From assembly GCA_000004985.1 (NCBI GenBank), contig GG738902.1: 64,000 nucleotides of DNA. One strand, written 5' to 3'. The DNA comes from Naegleria gruberi (taxonomy: Eukaryota). A program made the position numbers and the translations under genes. The first letter of the stretch is position 1. The number at the start of each line of letters is the position of its first letter. Positions 55,093 through 64,000 of the stretch are shown one piece after another. The notes beneath the pieces are model-generated. The model ran no database searches and was not told the DNA's origin. It was given only the letters and a program-made list of their open reading frames with translations.

Positions 55093-55989
55093 TTATAACA
55101 AATCTATTGAAGATACCAGTGAATTGTACATGAATAAAAACATTTCATCACTCAGTTTGGAGGAATCAGCACCAAATTCACTGAGTGTTTTCAGGGCAAT
55201 ATTGTGTTTGGTTTTGATTAATGATGCTGAAAGTTTTACAGAGAGAGGAATTAATATTTCTCTCAGTTTGGCAACATTTGAATCTGAAATATTATTCTTC
55301 ATCCAATATAATGCAAATTCCAATAATTTCATCTCACCAAACACAACCTTTTGATCCTGATATTCCTCAATAAAACCAAGCATCATACTCTCATCAAAAT
55401 AATTAATATACATTGATAACTTCCAGGAACTTGTAAACTTGGTTTTTAATCTGGTTTCCATCTCTGGGATTGCAAAAGTTTTAGCCAAATAGTACAATTT
55501 GAAAAAGTGTTGCACATAATCACCATCTACCAACTTGTCAAGAAGAAAGTTTGTCAATTTAGGAATTCCCATCAAAATTGAAAGCCTAATCGCATCAATA
55601 ACATTATCCAAAGAATGATCGAGCAAATGGTCCCTCTCCTCTGCTTCGTACAAATAGAGCATTACATATTCAAAAGCCTCTCTATTATACACTTTGAGAT
55701 CAACTTGAATTGTTTTTGATTGATTTTCATCGGAGGTGATGATCATTGCATCGGAATGTTCTTCCTTCTTTTCATCATCATGATTAGTTGTTATATTATT
55801 ATTATTATTACTAGTAATATTAGAATTATTTGTTGATGATTGTTGCGTTAACTTTTCTAAAAAGTAAAGAGAAGAGACAATTATTGAAGAGTGAGCATAA
55901 TATTTGATCGGATCAGATAAAAGTTGTGGAAAGAGTAATACTACGTTATGATCACTTTCATTATTGAATTTCAACTCTTGTGAAGACAT
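55093..55989 (-). CDS. BTB/POZ-domain protein with an N-rich insert (298 aa).
   Basis: HNVVLLFPQLLSDPIKYYAHSSIIVSSLYFLEKL fits the BTB core (vVLlv...f.AHs.ILaarSpYF). A later IDAIRLSILMGIPKL helix follows. Confidence 0.5.
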   Translation of the reverse strand: MSSQELKFNNESDHNVVLLFPQLLSDPIKYYAHSSIIVSSLYFLEKLTQQSSTNNSNITSNNNNNITTNHDDEKKEEHSDAMIITSDENQSKTIQVDLKVYNREAFEYVMLYLYEAEERDHLLDHSLDNVIDAIRLSILMGIPKLTNFLLDKLVDGDYVQHFFKLYYLAKTFAIPEMETRLKTKFTSSWKLSMYINYFDESMMLGFIEEYQDQKVVFGEMKLLEFALYWMKNNISDSNVAKLREILIPLSVKLSASLIKTKHNIALKTLSEFGADSSKLSDEMFLFMYNSLVSSIDLL

Positions 55990-56075
55990 TTTTTTTAATT
56001 AAAATTATTATCCGTATTATTTTAATAATTAATGAAAATGTTAATTGTAAAGTATTTAAAAATATTTAAAAAAAA

Positions 56076-57596
56076 ATGAGCGGTCAATCTGTGGTGATTA
56101 CTCTGGTTGATCATCCTCAACAGGACCATCAATATTTATTTAATCTTCTCTTTCAAAAGATGCAACACCAAATCAAAGGCTTTGTCCGTTGGTTTGAAAG
56201 GCGGGAAAATATTTTAAATGAAATTCGAGTAAATAATAATAATCGTGATGATGATCATGATGAATATTTCATTCCGAAACCCTTCTCTGTATGGATTGAA
56301 AAGGAGGAAAATTTAAAGAAAGAAATGGGTTTTTTACCAATTGAATTTTCGTTGGATAATGCAAGTCTGGTGGCTTATACGATTGTTGCAACTCTTTTCT
56401 CATTGTCGTCCAATATGTTTGAAATTGTCGTATTCAACAAGAATGAATGTACTAGTGAGAGGAGTGAAGGATTTCTTCTCACGAGCCTACTTTTAGATCA
56501 AAATGAGGAGGAGTTTATTGAAAGTTTTCCCAATGAATTGATTGGTTCGAAAGAATTTATGAAGAAAGCTGTCGAAATGTGTGGAACTATTGTTAGGTGT
56601 GAGTGTTTGAATAAGGAGTTTTTGCAGGATCGTGATTTTGTGTTAAGGGCTGTGAATAATGCACCAATTTCCCTCTTGGAAGAGATTCCACTTCAATATA
56701 GAAATGATGATGAGATTGTTTTTAAGAGTTGTTCATTCATCCCAGCATGGGATGCAGAATTAATGTCAGATCGTTTAAAGAGCGACAAATCTTTCCTTTT
56801 AAAGGTGATTGAGAACGATCCTCCCATCTTTAAGTGTATTAGTCCAGAACTAAAAACCGATACAGATTTCATTATGGAATGCCTTGATAGGGCTGGCACT
56901 ACGCTATTTGATTACATTCCCGACTGGATTTTAGAATCAATCGTTAAGGATATCAATATATTGAAATCAGTTTCCTCCAAACGATTTATAAGGGATTATT
57001 TTGCACGAGCTGCCTCTAAATTCCTCCCCCATGAAGTAATTATTGAACTTTCCAATGACAGAGAGTTTGCCTATCAATGCATTAAGAATCAATCAACAGC
57101 TGCTTCATTCTTCTCACCAGATATTAGAAAAGAAATAGAATTTATCAAACTATCCAAGAATTTGAACATTGCCCCAGATAAGACAGTATTAGATCGTGAA
57201 TTCCTGAAAGAAATGTATAGCTTGGACATTCAAAATTTCCACTACATGCCAGACGAGCTCAAGAATAACAAAACCTTTGTTTTGGAGTTGATGGAAATCA
57301 ATGGATTAGGTTTGGAATTTCTCTCTTCTTCCCTAAGAACTGATCATGACATTATCCAACGAGCAATTCAACAAAATGGTTCCTCCCTCAATGTTGCCCT
57401 AACTAAAGAAAGACGAAACAAGAAACTTCAAGAAATGGCAACCGAAACTAGTGGCTATTTCGAATATTTACATGCTGACAACATGAAATTCTGGAAACAC
57501 TTTAATTTAAGATTGGAGAAGGAGTACTTTGGATTTGACATTCCCAAACGTTTTTGTTCAGTAGCAGCGTTACACAAAAAGTACCAACTTGATTGA
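56076..57596 (+). CDS. DUF4116-repeat protein (506 aa), paralogous family to 10673..11910.
   Basis: Repeated about 25-aa units: FLQDRDFVLRAVNNAPISLLEEIP, LKSDKSFLLKVIENDPPIFKCISPELKTDTDFIMECL and LKNNKTFVLELMEINGLGLEFLSSSLRTDHDIIQRAIQQNGSSL. Confidence 0.65.
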   Translation: MSGQSVVITLVDHPQQDHQYLFNLLFQKMQHQIKGFVRWFERRENILNEIRVNNNNRDDDHDEYFIPKPFSVWIEKEENLKKEMGFLPIEFSLDNASLVAYTIVATLFSLSSNMFEIVVFNKNECTSERSEGFLLTSLLLDQNEEEFIESFPNELIGSKEFMKKAVEMCGTIVRCECLNKEFLQDRDFVLRAVNNAPISLLEEIPLQYRNDDEIVFKSCSFIPAWDAELMSDRLKSDKSFLLKVIENDPPIFKCISPELKTDTDFIMECLDRAGTTLFDYIPDWILESIVKDINILKSVSSKRFIRDYFARAASKFLPHEVIIELSNDREFAYQCIKNQSTAASFFSPDIRKEIEFIKLSKNLNIAPDKTVLDREFLKEMYSLDIQNFHYMPDELKNNKTFVLELMEINGLGLEFLSSSLRTDHDIIQRAIQQNGSSLNVALTKERRNKKLQEMATETSGYFEYLHADNMKFWKHFNLRLEKEYFGFDIPKRFCSVAALHKKYQLD

Positions 57597-57749
57597 ATCA
57601 TCGAGTACGAAACTTCCTTACCAATGCTTATGTGCGAAGATAGAGCTCTATTGATCAGATTCAGTTCCCGTTAAAGACTCAATTATTACTTTTACGTCAT
57701 TTGTCAGATATCTCTGTTCTCCCAAGAAATTGAAAAAAAAAACATTCAA

Positions 57750-58832
57750 ATGGAAGAGTGTAACATCATCATTGAACCTTTTGCCTATGGCCTCGATAAC
57801 AGCTCTGCTTTATCTACAACAACTAGAAATGTTCATTATTTTTCTCTGAGCGCCTACGGTGTGACCATGTTGATGGCCATAGCACTGTTATTATTTATGG
57901 CAGTGTTACTTGTTAGGAAAGGTCATTCTATGGTTTCGAACAAAAAGTTGCTGTACCTCTTGACCATCTTTTTGAATATTATTCAGGTTGTGGCCATAAT
58001 GTCAGGAGTTGGACATTCGGTGAGCAAGTTGACAAATGCTGCAGAGGTGGTTGGTCAGGCCTTTTTCATGATTCACTACGAGACGATTATTATAACATTA
58101 TTCTTATCAATTATTTGCCAGAGTATGACAACAAAGGTTTTCTATACTGTTTATTTTGTTGGAAAGAGAAGAACAAAGCTCCAGACCTTTCTTAAACATT
58201 ATGCAATTATCAATGCAATTATTTGGACTATTTTGGTTTCCTTGTTAGTGATAACAATCTTTTTCACCTTGATGGCATACTACTTTCCTGGTGTGAATCA
58301 GGAAATTGCCAAAGATGCTGCTGTTGATAGGTTTTATGTTGATGCTGCTGTTGGTTGTTTTTACATTATTTCTGTAACTGTCACAGGAAGTGTCAATATT
58401 GCTTTGGTTGTTTATCTTATCAGATCAATCAGGGAGTCAGCTGCTAGATGTGGGCTTAAACCAAGTGAAGAACAGAACACTGCATCTAAAAAATTAATTG
58501 CTATCAGTATTAGTCAATTATTTCTTGGAATTGGAATGGGATTAACAACATTTTTATTCATTTTAGGATTATTGGATTATATTGCATTTGCAGTTGCAAG
58601 TCACTTGCAAAGAATACTGGTATTCGTTTATTCTTTGTTGGTAGTTTTCACTTTTGGGCCTCTGGATGATTTGAATAAGCACCTTTCCTCAAATTCTCAA
58701 CTTAAAACCATTGCTTCTCCAACTTCTCCACAAAGAGCAAAAACCAAATCAGAATCACCAGAAACTGAATTGAAAGGATTTGATATTGCATCACCCTCAA
58801 TCAACCATTCAAATGTTGTTAGTAGTGTTTAA
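57750..58832 (+). CDS. Seven-transmembrane receptor-like protein (360 aa).
   Basis: Seven hydrophobic helices with short loops and a C-terminal S/T-rich tail. No family-specific motif recognised. Confidence 0.5.
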   Translation: MEECNIIIEPFAYGLDNSSALSTTTRNVHYFSLSAYGVTMLMAIALLLFMAVLLVRKGHSMVSNKKLLYLLTIFLNIIQVVAIMSGVGHSVSKLTNAAEVVGQAFFMIHYETIIITLFLSIICQSMTTKVFYTVYFVGKRRTKLQTFLKHYAIINAIIWTILVSLLVITIFFTLMAYYFPGVNQEIAKDAAVDRFYVDAAVGCFYIISVTVTGSVNIALVVYLIRSIRESAARCGLKPSEEQNTASKKLIAISISQLFLGIGMGLTTFLFILGLLDYIAFAVASHLQRILVFVYSLLVVFTFGPLDDLNKHLSSNSQLKTIASPTSPQRAKTKSESPETELKGFDIASPSINHSNVVSSV

Positions 58833-58862
58833 TCAATTTTGGAAACTATGAAACTTCCTTTA

Positions 58863-61800
58863 TTAATCAGCTAATTGCCTATTAGATGGTTTGATTTTAG
58901 TGGAAATTTCCCACAAATCTTCATCTGAATGATGAATAAGACGAGGCAATTCCTCAGTAAAGACGAATTGAAGATAGGCCAATTCTTGGAAGTCATAATT
59001 GAGACACAATTGTTGTAGGGAAGCAACACGCTCCAATGTCTTGAGGAGAATTCTCATCATCTTGTAATTAATTACCTTCTTGTTTGGACTTTTTGGATGG
59101 TCTAACAGTGGTTTGTTACCTTCCTTTGTGAATAAAACTTGACTTTGAAAGCTTCCTAAATATGGAACACATGGTAATTGTTTTTCTGACAAACTGTCAT
59201 ACATGGCAGCAATTTCCTTCGAATTGATAACCTTCTTTTGACAATCTTCCAATTCTTGATAAAGTTTGTGAACTTCCTTATTGTCTTCATAAAGCTCCTT
59301 GATTCTATAGACAGAGGTGGATCTGAGAGCTCCTAACAATGCCATAAATCCGAAAAAGTTGTTTTGTTGATAGCATGACTGAGCTGAACACAAGACTTTT
59401 GTGAAAACCTTCTTTCTATCTCTGTCATTTGTTTGAACAAGTACCATTTCGTTCGCCCAATGTTGAACCAGTTTGAAATGCTCTTGCATGAATAGAATAT
59501 TACTGCTGTACTTTTCTCTAATTTCCTTATCCTTGCTTTCAATATAGTAAAATTCGTAAGGTTTGATTTTGAGGAAGAATTTAGCCTCCAATAGAGTAAG
59601 TTGATGAGCAATCTCGTTGGAAGGCCAAGCTACAATATCAAAAGTAATTTTGAACGGATTGGTAATACGTTGAGTAGTAAAGTACAATTCTCTATCGTGA
59701 TTCCACTTTGACATTGGAATTTGTGGAGTGGATACCATTTGAAGTGTCAATCCTTTTGGAAGAATGAGTGTCTTGTCTGTTGATTGATCTCCATCTTGTC
59801 CAGGGCTTGTAATGTTACAACGAGAGCCTGAAGATGCCTGAATGGACAAGACATTCAATAAGAGGGCATTTTGAATCTTGGCAATACTGGAACTGCTACT
59901 ATCTGACATGTGTTCAATTTCCCGCATGAAATTAATACTCTTTGCAATACTTAAATTGTTAAAAGCATAAAAACCATCCTTGATTAATCTGGCTGCTGTT
60001 CTTTCTAAATTAATCTTGGCAATAAACAAATTGTCCTTCTTGGAGGAGTCCATCTTTGATTGTTGATTCAAGTGTTTGTACTTGGAAATGAGAATATCAA
60101 TAATGTGCTCTGGAGAACTAAATAAATTATATGTCAAGTAGAACATTTGAGAAAAGTTTTCAGTATTTTCAATATCATTCTCTGGATTAAATCCTAAAAT
60201 CTTATTAATGGATGCTTCCAATGTTGCTGCCTTGAGAGATTTAGATTCCAAATCGACAATGTAGTCCTCAGGTTCGGCTTCATTAATATTGCTAATGGAA
60301 GATGCCTCTATTCTACTCAAATATTCACTCAATAAAATATCACTACAGTTAGCACAGTGTGCTCTGAACACATCTGTATCATAGTCCAAGTCGTTTGCAT
60401 CTGGACAAAAGACCAACAAGCTGTGAGATTTTTCCATGAACATTAATAAAGCAATGAGTAATCTAAACTTGTTTTCCTTCTTTAAGAATTTCATAGACAA
60501 GTCTCTTGAATTACTAATTTCATGAACACTGATTCTCTCAGCAAAGTTGGTAATAAGCTCTGTCATGACACTTTTAACCATTATAAAGCAAGTATTACCA
60601 TCATGTCTTAAAAGTGAGTGAATGACTGTGTGTCGAATGAGTTGAATTAGTTTGTATAATAGTGCCTCAACAGTATCATCATCTGCTGCACTATCTGAAA
60701 CATTTTCCAAAACAGAAATCAAGTGCTTGGTCATACCTCCTTCCTTTCCTATAAATAAGTTAAAGATTAAATAGACCACAATTTGATAAGATTTGCTAAC
60801 AAAGTCAAGCTTTTTGGATTGTTGTTCAGATCTCTCTTTTGAAATACCTCTGAATGAAAGTACAACATTCTTGAAAAACTTTAAAACGTAAAATATAATA
60901 CTAATGTCATTCAGATCGTTAGCAAAATAGAGGGTCTTTTTCTTCCACCACTCAATCAAGGTATCTCTATTACAATTTCTCATGGTCCACAACATGATAG
61001 TACTCAGAATAATATTAATTTCGTTGAATTGTTTGAGTTTGAGCAAAAGTTCTTCTCCTTTGGTAAAGAAGTTGTCAACTAATGAATTAAATAAAATTCC
61101 AATGACTCGCTCACGTTGTTCCCTCGATTGATATCTTTCATCATAATCAATCTTGATGAAAAGATCAAGGAAATATTTGGCTGTCTTGAAAATTATCTTT
61201 TCATTGCCAGCCTCAATTGATTCCAAGAAGAAAGTAATGAGCTTGCTTACGAATGCGTTTTCCTTTCCAGCAGTGTCCAAATCCCAAATAGAGTGATAAT
61301 CTGTAATAATAGCCAAAGATTCACTCAATAATCTAGAAGCAGTATCCTTGGAAGTGCATCGATTTACCTTTTTACAATAAAAATCAAAAACACCAGCCGA
61401 TTCAGAATACCCCAAAAATGGAATTAAATCTCTGATAAATAGAGCAATATTTCTGTTACAGTAAACTACCAAATTATTGTTAGCTGCATTGTTGGTACCT
61501 AACAGTTTTTCCATTCCTTCAAAAAGTAATTGGATAAGACTCTTTGAAAGTTGAATAAGATCTGCCTCTTCATAATTTTTAACACCTTTGGATTGTGCAA
61601 CAAGGAGACTCTTAATAGCCATATCGAAAATAAACCAAGAATATCTGCATGACTCTGATTCAACACTGATATCGTCTTGTTGCTTTTGCTCCTTGCTATG
61701 CATGTAGAGAATGAATAAACTCAACAATTTGCAATGTAAAGTTTCATAATTAAATACATATTTCACATATCCAGAGAAAAATCTATTACCACGAGAGCTA

Positions 61801-64000
61801 TTTCCACACAAGTCATGGAAGTGGTTCATACAAGTTACCAAGGCATCAAATGTTCTCACCTGAAGGTCTGATCTAATCTTCTCATGAGTAGCTATATCCT
61901 TGACGAATTGGTCACTATCGGAATAGTTCAGAATTTCTAGAAGAATATCAAATATCAAGTACATGTATGGCATACACAAGCTGAAATCTATCAATACAAT
62001 CTTGTTGTATAAGTGATAAACAATATATTCTAGAATGGCTGATTTTTGAAGAGATGTACTCTTTGTAAATGCATTATAAGCAGCAAATAATAATTGCAAT
62101 CTTTCATCGGGTGGTTGAATAGTAGAGACAAGATTTGCATCAATTTTGAGTTTGGCTTTTTCAGTAAGTTTGTTAGACATCAAGTCCTTCTCACTGGCTG
62201 ACAAGTAACCAGGATTTAGTTTTGAATAAATCATCAATGTCTCATTAGTAACACTTTGTCTAATTGCCATATAATTCACAAGTAAATCACCAAATATTGT
62301 CTTATCTGCTTCATAGACAGAATTCTTTGCTGCCAATGGTAAGAAGGCATAACCAAGAATGTTTCTATTAGAAGAACCGAAATGAGCATTTCTAATATCT
62401 AGGGAGTCCATATATTTTTGAACTTTACCTTTAGAATCCTCAACATCAATACTGTAGAATGTAAATAACAAGTGATGGCCTGCAGTAATGTTTTCAGAGG
62501 TGAGTCCCAACAAGTCAACCTTAATTTCATCAACAAAGTGTACATTTTTCTTTGTATTGTTGGCGAGACTGGAGAATTGATATCTTTGTAGTTTGTTATT
62601 GTATTTTCCAATCAATCGTTTCAACATTTTGCTCTCAGTATTGGTAGTAGAGATAAAATCTTCTGGAGATGGCTTAGAGAGATCATTTTCTCTTACAGCC
62701 ACTTCAATTAGTAAATGTTTACATGATTTAACTCCTCCCAACCGAGCAAACTTTAAATGAATGTACATCATGTTCTTATAGACCATATTTGGATATCTTG
62801 ATTTTGTCCAAGGAATTTCTTCAATAATATCTTCATTCATTTCCTCTTCTAGCATTAAATTGGATTTGTTTCTTCTCTTTTGTGATTCTGTACTTCTACG
62901 GTGAGGTGAATCTGGACGGAATGGGTCTGTCCTCTCTTCATCCCAGAAATCCAATGAGAATGTATCATCCTCAATGTAACTAGATTGTTTAGTGAGAGTT
63001 GAACGAGAGAATGAACTCTTCCAATCCTTTTCCAATCTCGACTCGATAGTAACTTTACCTTTGATATGGTAAGCTTGAAGTCCGTTGTGTGAACTCTGAG
63101 GATCCAAATGTTTCAATAGAGTGATAATGTTAAATGTTTCAATATTGGCATCCACAATGATTGGATAAAACCTTTCCAAAACAATCTTATTAAAATTCAA
63201 ATCAATCTTGGTGTCATCAATATTTTCCGAGAAGAAGGATGAGCTCATTGAGTTTGAGGCTGTATTGCTGAAACTATTATTTAAACTTGTACCTTTCTTT
63301 TGTGCGAAAAGTTTACAAAATCCTAGCAAGAAGGACTGTTCAAAGTGAGCTAAAGTTTTCCTTCTCTCATCATTAGTATTATTCTTCCTGTCCTTTGAAG
63401 AACCTCCAAGTTCTTCTGCGGCCTCTTGTACTGTACTATGGGGAGCAATTCGTCTCACAACAAGAACACAATAAACTTGATCATGTGGATAACTAACATG
63501 GAAAGTTTTTTCTTGCACAATTGTTGGAGGCATTCTCAAATGTTCTTGTGCAGATGGAGGAAGAGTTGAAAGTTGAGCCTCCGTGAGGAAATTAAAATAC
63601 CAGTCCTCACTAATCTTCCTCTCAGTCTTGCAATCATACAACGAAAGGGAGAATGTGAATAATTCTCTCGAATCAACCATCAATGAAAAATCAGACACAG
63701 ACAGAGTAATAGTAATCTTGCTCTTGACAGGAAACTCGAGAGATGGCAATGTCCTATGGCACAGAATTAAATCCAAAGGTTTGTACTCATAGTATGGTTT
63801 GAGAAGCATCATTAACCTCTCTTCCAGAATTTCATTCTTGATATTCATGTCAGCAGCTGTTGGAGCACTACTCAAGATTGCATTTCCAAATTTGGCAGAC
63901 AATCTTCTATTTCCGTTAACTGAATATGTGAGCTCGTTGATAAATGTAACCATTTCATCATTTAAATTTTCCTTGGTAAGATCCTCCAATTTTCTTTCCT
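58863..64000 (-). CDS. Large RasGEF (CDC25-homology) protein, 5'-partial; the N-terminus probably lies beyond the window end.
   Basis: The C-terminal region carries IAHQLTLLEAKFFLKIKPYEF...NFFGFMALLGALRSTSVYRIKELY...LPCVPYLGSFQSQVLFTKEGN, the RasGEF catalytic domain. A REM-like segment lies upstream. The reading frame is open to position 64000, and the listed start is a TTG. Confidence 0.7.
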   Translation of the reverse strand, partial: ERKLEDLTKENLNDEMVTFINELTYSVNGNRRLSAKFGNAILSSAPTAADMNIKNEILEERLMMLLKPYYEYKPLDLILCHRTLPSLEFPVKSKITITLSVSDFSLMVDSRELFTFSLSLYDCKTERKISEDWYFNFLTEAQLSTLPPSAQEHLRMPPTIVQEKTFHVSYPHDQVYCVLVVRRIAPHSTVQEAAEELGGSSKDRKNNTNDERRKTLAHFEQSFLLGFCKLFAQKKGTSLNNSFSNTASNSMSSSFFSENIDDTKIDLNFNKIVLERFYPIIVDANIETFNIITLLKHLDPQSSHNGLQAYHIKGKVTIESRLEKDWKSSFSRSTLTKQSSYIEDDTFSLDFWDEERTDPFRPDSPHRRSTESQKRRNKSNLMLEEEMNEDIIEEIPWTKSRYPNMVYKNMMYIHLKFARLGGVKSCKHLLIEVAVRENDLSKPSPEDFISTTNTESKMLKRLIGKYNNKLQRYQFSSLANNTKKNVHFVDEIKVDLLGLTSENITAGHHLLFTFYSIDVEDSKGKVQKYMDSLDIRNAHFGSSNRNILGYAFLPLAAKNSVYEADKTIFGDLLVNYMAIRQSVTNETLMIYSKLNPGYLSASEKDLMSNKLTEKAKLKIDANLVSTIQPPDERLQLLFAAYNAFTKSTSLQKSAILEYIVYHLYNKIVLIDFSLCMPYMYLIFDILLEILNYSDSDQFVKDIATHEKIRSDLQVRTFDALVTCMNHFHDLCGNSSRGNRFFSGYVKYVFNYETLHCKLLSLFILYMHSKEQKQQDDISVESESCRYSWFIFDMAIKSLLVAQSKGVKNYEEADLIQLSKSLIQLLFEGMEKLLGTNNAANNNLVVYCNRNIALFIRDLIPFLGYSESAGVFDFYCKKVNRCTSKDTASRLLSESLAIITDYHSIWDLDTAGKENAFVSKLITFFLESIEAGNEKIIFKTAKYFLDLFIKIDYDERYQSREQRERVIGILFNSLVDNFFTKGEELLLKLKQFNEINIILSTIMLWTMRNCNRDTLIEWWKKKTLYFANDLNDISIIFYVLKFFKNVVLSFRGISKERSEQQSKKLDFVSKSYQIVVYLIFNLFIGKEGGMTKHLISVLENVSDSAADDDTVEALLYKLIQLIRHTVIHSLLRHDGNTCFIMVKSVMTELITNFAERISVHEISNSRDLSMKFLKKENKFRLLIALLMFMEKSHSLLVFCPDANDLDYDTDVFRAHCANCSDILLSEYLSRIEASSISNINEAEPEDYIVDLESKSLKAATLEASINKILGFNPENDIENTENFSQMFYLTYNLFSSPEHIIDILISKYKHLNQQSKMDSSKKDNLFIAKINLERTAARLIKDGFYAFNNLSIAKSINFMREIEHMSDSSSSSIAKIQNALLLNVLSIQASSGSRCNITSPGQDGDQSTDKTLILPKGLTLQMVSTPQIPMSKWNHDRELYFTTQRITNPFKITFDIVAWPSNEIAHQLTLLEAKFFLKIKPYEFYYIESKDKEIREKYSSNILFMQEHFKLVQHWANEMVLVQTNDRDRKKVFTKVLCSAQSCYQQNNFFGFMALLGALRSTSVYRIKELYEDNKEVHKLYQELEDCQKKVINSKEIAAMYDSLSEKQLPCVPYLGSFQSQVLFTKEGNKPLLDHPKSPNKKVINYKMMRILLKTLERVASLQQLCLNYDFQELAYLQFVFTEELPRLIHHSDEDLWEISTKIKPSNRQLAD

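Noticed and set aside
1-64000. Possibility that the window is prokaryotic or giant-virus DNA, given the gene density and both-strand coding.
   Set aside because: There are multiple verified GT-AG spliceosomal introns inside conserved motifs (PARG, kinase catalytic loop, mitochondrial carrier, Zn2Cys6). There is a pol III tRNA with a T-run terminator and no encoded CCA. Products such as the B9 and NSE2 proteins are eukaryote-specific.

Overview
This window is an AT-rich, gene-dense stretch of a eukaryotic nuclear genome, not a prokaryote or virus. Several genes carry spliceosomal introns of about 40-140 nt with GTAAGT, GTATGT or GTTAGT donors and YAG acceptors. A polymerase III-type tRNA-Ala gene with a T-run terminator is present, and many proteins have N/Q/S/K low-complexity tracts.

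Genes occur on both strands at roughly one per 1.5-2 kb. Recognisable products:
- a microbial-type PARG macrodomain;
- a sterol reductase;
- a very large protein combining EGF repeats, a GPS motif, a 7TM region and an RGS domain;
- two DUF4116-repeat proteins;
- a receptor-like TKL kinase;
- an alpha-carbonic anhydrase;
- a B9-domain ciliary transition-zone protein;
- a mitochondrial carrier;
- an ELO elongase;
- an F-box/LRR protein;
- an N-myristoylated pyruvate,phosphate dikinase fused to an adenylate kinase;
- a 2OG-Fe(II) oxygenase;
- a SAM-domain protein;
- an ependymin-related protein;
- an NSE2/MMS21 SP-RING protein;
- two divergent paralogous Zn(II)2Cys6 factor genes;
- an ankyrin/coiled-coil gene;
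- a BTB protein;
- a 7TM receptor;
- a 5'-partial RasGEF gene.

The most unusual signal is strand-specific. Between two ankyrin exons, about 48278-49192 on the minus strand, lie 20 tandem mini-introns of about 37-50 nt separated by 19 microexons of 3 nt each (pattern TAG|NNN|GTAAGT). Both Zn2Cys6 paralogs contain a conserved 2-nt microexon (TG) flanked by 44-63-nt introns; splicing it in reconstitutes a textbook CX2CX6CX6CX2CX6C motif. Together these indicate a microexon-plus-mini-intron gene architecture. A B9-domain protein together with Gal4-type zinc clusters suggests a flagellated, possibly zoosporic-fungus-like lineage; this is inference only.
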